64,000 nucleotides of DNA, from NCBI GenBank assembly GCA_965240325.2, contig OZ251254.1, forward strand, positions 620,001 through 684,000, read 5' to 3'. This stretch comes from Rebecca billardiae RCC1528 (Eukaryota > Protista > Haptophyta). The translations under genes were made by a program, and so were the position numbers. A model generated the notes under the pieces. The model saw only the letters and a list, made by a program, of their open reading frames with translations, searched no databases and was not told where the DNA came from. Shown in pieces: positions 60,400-64,000 of the stretch; the first letter of the stretch is position 1; every line of letters begins with the position of its first letter.

Positions 60400-61977
60400 T
60401 CACACTGCATAGCCGCCGCTGCCGCTCAGCGCGGTGGACGGCGGCGGCCACGAGCCGTAGCCCCCGTGCGCGGACGCCATGACCAGCGGGCTGCGCAGCT
60501 GCTCCAGCTCCGCCACCACCGAGGTGCTGTCGCTCCCCGCCTCGACGCCATCGACGTACCGGTGGACGAGTCGTCGGCGGTACCGCGCGCGTGCGAGGTG
60601 CAGCGCGGCCGAGCTGAGCGCCGCACCGAGGAGCAGCGCGCACGCGGCGCCGAGCAGGGTGGGCGTGGCGTCGCGCCCGTCCACGCCCGCTCCCCGCAGC
60701 TGCGTGAGCTCCGCCGGCTCGGCCGCGTGCGTGCGCGCGCCCACCTCCGCAGCCAGCGCGTCAAGCTCAGCTGCCCCCAAGCCAAGGGTGGCGCCGCGCG
60801 CGGCGGTGGCGGCGGCGGTGGCGGAGGCGCCGCCGAGGTCTGGGCGGCTCCGGGCGGGGCTGAGCGCGGCGCGCTCGGCCACCGCAGTGGCGACCGCCTG
60901 CAGCGACGCGTCGCGCACCGCGCTCACCGCCTCGCGTGTGGGCGGCTCTGCGGGCACGCCCTCGCGTCGCGCCGCCTCCGCGCGCGCCGCCCACAGCCGC
61001 TGCGCCACGGCACGCGCGGCGGCCGAGAGTCCGGGGCGATCGGCGGCGAGCGCGTTCTCCGCGCGGGCGAGGGCGGCCTCGCTGCCGCCCGCGGCGCGCG
61101 CAGCCTCGACCGCCCGCGCGATGGCCGCCTCCTCGCGCCCTGCGCCGTCATTCGCCGCGTCGGCGGCCGGGATCTCCGCACCCGCCCCGGCCCCGTCCGC
61201 GCGGGCGGCGGGCGACGCGGGCGCAGCGTGAGCGTGAGCCCGCGGGGCGCCATCCGAGCCCCCGCCCCGCGCGCCATCGGCCGTCGCTGCCGCCGCCGGC
61301 TCGTCCACGGGGGCGGCCGCGGGCGTGGGCAACGGCAGCCCCACGGTGTCCTCAGGCGGGAGCGGCTCCTTCTCCGGATCAGCCGCCGGCTCGGCCGTTG
61401 GCTTGGCCGCCGGCTCGGCGGCCGGGTGCGCAGCGGCTGCGCTCCCGTCCGCGGGGGCTGCCGCCCCGGGCTCGTGCTCGTCGCCGGGCCGCGCCTCGGG
61501 CGTGCGCGCCTGCGCGAGCTCCTCCCGCATCGCCTCCTCCGCGCGCACGCGTATCTCCACCGCGCGCTCGTCCGTGCGGCGCGAGAGGTCTCGCTCCGCC
61601 GCGTGCACCTGCTGCTCGACGCTGGTCAGCTGCTCGGCGGGGATGGCGGAGGTCTGCGCCTCGCGGATGGCGAGCTCGAGGCCCTCGTGCACGGCGGCGG
61701 CGGCGGAGTGCATCGCGCCGAGCTCGATCTCCGCGCTGAGCTGCGTGCGCCGCTCGGCGTCACGCTGCGGCGCCGCGGGCGCGCGGGGCGCATCGGCGGC
61801 CAGGCTCTGCCGCAGCGCGTCGAGATGCGGCAGGAACGGGGCGGGCAGCCAGCGCTGGATGGCGCCAAGGGCGGCAGACGCATTGTCGGGGGTGGCTGGC
61901 GCCGCACCGGCCGGCGCGGCGCTCAGCGCGGCGAGCGCGCACGCCACGGCGGCGAGCGCGGGGGCGGGGCCGCGCAT
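60400..61977 (-). CDS. Hypothetical type I membrane protein (signal peptide, helical/coiled-coil, C-terminal TM)
   Basis: MRGPAPALAAVACALAALSAAPAGA; TM LLGAACALLLGAALSSAAL followed by a basic stop-transfer segment. Confidence 0.65.
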   Translation of the reverse strand: MRGPAPALAAVACALAALSAAPAGAAPATPDNASAALGAIQRWLPAPFLPHLDALRQSLAADAPRAPAAPQRDAERRTQLSAEIELGAMHSAAAAVHEGLELAIREAQTSAIPAEQLTSVEQQVHAAERDLSRRTDERAVEIRVRAEEAMREELAQARTPEARPGDEHEPGAAAPADGSAAAAHPAAEPAAKPTAEPAADPEKEPLPPEDTVGLPLPTPAAAPVDEPAAAATADGARGGGSDGAPRAHAHAAPASPAARADGAGAGAEIPAADAANDGAGREEAAIARAVEAARAAGGSEAALARAENALAADRPGLSAAARAVAQRLWAARAEAARREGVPAEPPTREAVSAVRDASLQAVATAVAERAALSPARSRPDLGGASATAAATAARGATLGLGAAELDALAAEVGARTHAAEPAELTQLRGAGVDGRDATPTLLGAACALLLGAALSSAALHLARARYRRRLVHRYVDGVEAGSDSTSVVAELEQLRSPLVMASAHGGYGSWPPPSTALSGSGGYAV

Positions 61978-62944
61978 GATGATCAGGCGGCGTGCGCAGC
62001 GGTGGCGAAGGGTTCTTTGGACAGCTTGTAGACTGAGAAGCGCCCGTTTGCGCGGAATCGCGTGGTGGAATCTGCGTGCTGAACGGAGCGCGAAAAGGCA
62101 CGGCGGCGGTTGACCGCCCCCCCCTGCCCGTCCGGGCAGGCCCGGCCCACCACCTGTCCCAGAAAGCTCCTGAGCCCGTCTTCGGCTCAGCGGGCTCATG
62201 ACCTACCGAGCGAAGGTCATGAGCGCCCGGACACAGTGCGCGCAGGTGCGCCTCGAGGCGAGATGAGCACCAAGGCCCGTCACAGCGCCCGTCGCGCGTG
62301 CTTGACTGCGGCGGCTGAGTTGGCCGGAGCGGCGGCGCGTTGCGCTCATCGTCGGTCCACACGCGTAAGTGACCTTCGGCGCGGCTGGCATGTGCCGCCT
62401 TTGGCCCTCCTCCGCCTGCTAACGCAGCTCGACTGCAACCGTCGCCAAAGCCAAGCGTTGCCCACTGAGTCTGCTTCTGCCCGCGACACGAGCTTGAATG
62501 GTGCCTTGAGCGCGCGCGCACATGAAGCACATGCACTGCCGCTCTCTTCAGATCGCGCGCGTCTGGCTCCCGCAGCACATCCTGTGCGATGACGCGATGG
62601 CGTAGGCACCCGCCGGCCCGTCGTTGAAACGCATCAACTCGGCCAATGAGCTTGGGCGCAGAAGACGCCGGGAAGCCGAGACATGAGCGCCGGAAGGGGT
62701 TGCGAGGTACTACCAGACCAGCCCACCTGGCGCGCCGTCGCACAGCCCTCGCCTACGCGCACGCGCAAGACCAGAGCGAAGCTGCCCGCGCGGCGGACGG
62801 CCATTTCCTTGCAAATGTTTTCGCTGAGTCAGCGGGCCGGCCCCACCGAGAGCTTTGGAGCTTGACGTACTGGGCTGGGACGGGTGGCCCTCGTGCACGT
62901 TTTCAAATCAGAGTAAACTGTAATAATCTGTTTTTAAAAAAAGT

Positions 62945-64000
62945 AAACTGTGCCCTGGCGGGCGGGGGGGTCGGCGGGCCGTACCAGTGCTGTCGCAATG
63001 TATCCTTTGCGGGTTCGCGTCTTTCCACATTCGCTCGTGGCCGTGGGTGACGGACAGTCGAGTGCAAGGACCAGTGACACGTGAAGTTGGCTCCCCGACG
63101 TGATGTACACACGTTTCACGGTCTGTACTCTTAGAGTATTGTATGCGCATCAGCGAGGCCCACACCCACGAGGGAATGTGCAGCACGCGGGGCGGGGCGG
63201 GTAGCCCGTTGCTCCGCGCGAGCGCGGGTACGCGCTGTATGTGCCGCATGTCGACCGCGATGGCGTAATCGAGCGCCTCGCCGCCGACGAAGCCGCCAGA
63301 GTAGATCATGTGCATGCTGATTGCTGTCCTCCTGCCGCCAGCCGAGAGCGGTCATCGCGAGGATGCTTGTCGATGTCGGCTCCAGGCATGATGGGCTCGG
63401 CGCAGGTCGCGTTGACGTCGTGTACGGCCACCACGCTGAGCACGAGCGCGTTGACGTTCACGCGGTCGTCGCTCTTCGCATCTTCGACAGGTCTGGCGCT
63501 CGCGTGCTCGGCGGCACGAGGAGCTGTTGGTTGTGCGCGCGCGCGCGCACAGCGACAGCGTGTGCCACTCGCGATCGAGAGTGGGCAAGCGCTGCTCACG
63601 CGAGCACACGAATCGCAGCGCATCCGTCACCGGCGTGACGACTTCGGCCTCGTCCCGCAGCGCCTGCGCCATGGACGAGGCCATGGCGCGGCGATGTTGC
63701 ATGCTCGACGTTTCATCTCTCTGCGAATGGCATCACGGGCTTGTCTGTGTCGCGCTGCGGCGAGGGTCGCCAACTCGCGATGACGCGGTTGCTGCCACGG
63801 CGACAGACCCGGGAGGTGCGTCCGCTGCGCGTCGTACGCCGTTGGCGCTGCGCTTCCGTCGCATTGGTCACCGTGGGCTTCGGCTGAGGGACCGGACCGC
63901 GAGCAATGACTGAGTCCGGTGCGCGGATTCCGGCGATCGAGTTCAGAAGGCCGCGCCAAATCTTGCGTCGCGTGCGATGGCGCTTCCCGCCCGCGAGACG
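62945..64000 (-). mobile_element. Repeat family A, copy 3 (uninterrupted, runs off the window)
   Basis: Starts AAACTGTGCCCTGGCGGGC and is colinear with copies 1 and 2. Confidence 0.9.

Overview
Very GC-rich eukaryotic nuclear DNA with GT-AG introns (GTGCG...CGCAG, GC/GT-dinucleotide-rich) and many signal-peptide or plastid-type presequences. It is most consistent with a complex-plastid alga such as a pavlovalean haptophyte (inference). Positions 1-31.3 kb and 54.7-62 kb are gene-dense: cyclin-Y-like, SHIPPO-repeat protein, polyQ homeobox TF, TMBIM/BI-1, a NUMOD3 protein, SEL1-MYND, MFS sugar porter, PhyH oxygenase, acylphosphatase, lumenal FKBP, ShKT protein, DUF1995, GT77-like, PDI-C/ERGIC, cyanase and two tandem His-tailed small proteins. 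Positions 31.4-54.2 kb form a transposon island. It holds a repeat family present in three copies (family A, with a Ulp1-like fragment and a hairpin+GTTT end), a Helentron-like insertion, several giant foldback elements nested four deep, TA-microsatellite-associated elements, and one intact CHASE-domain hybrid histidine kinase lying between two family-A copies. I recognised no rRNA, tRNA, CRISPR array or autonomous transposase. All domain calls come from motif recognition by eye, not database searches.
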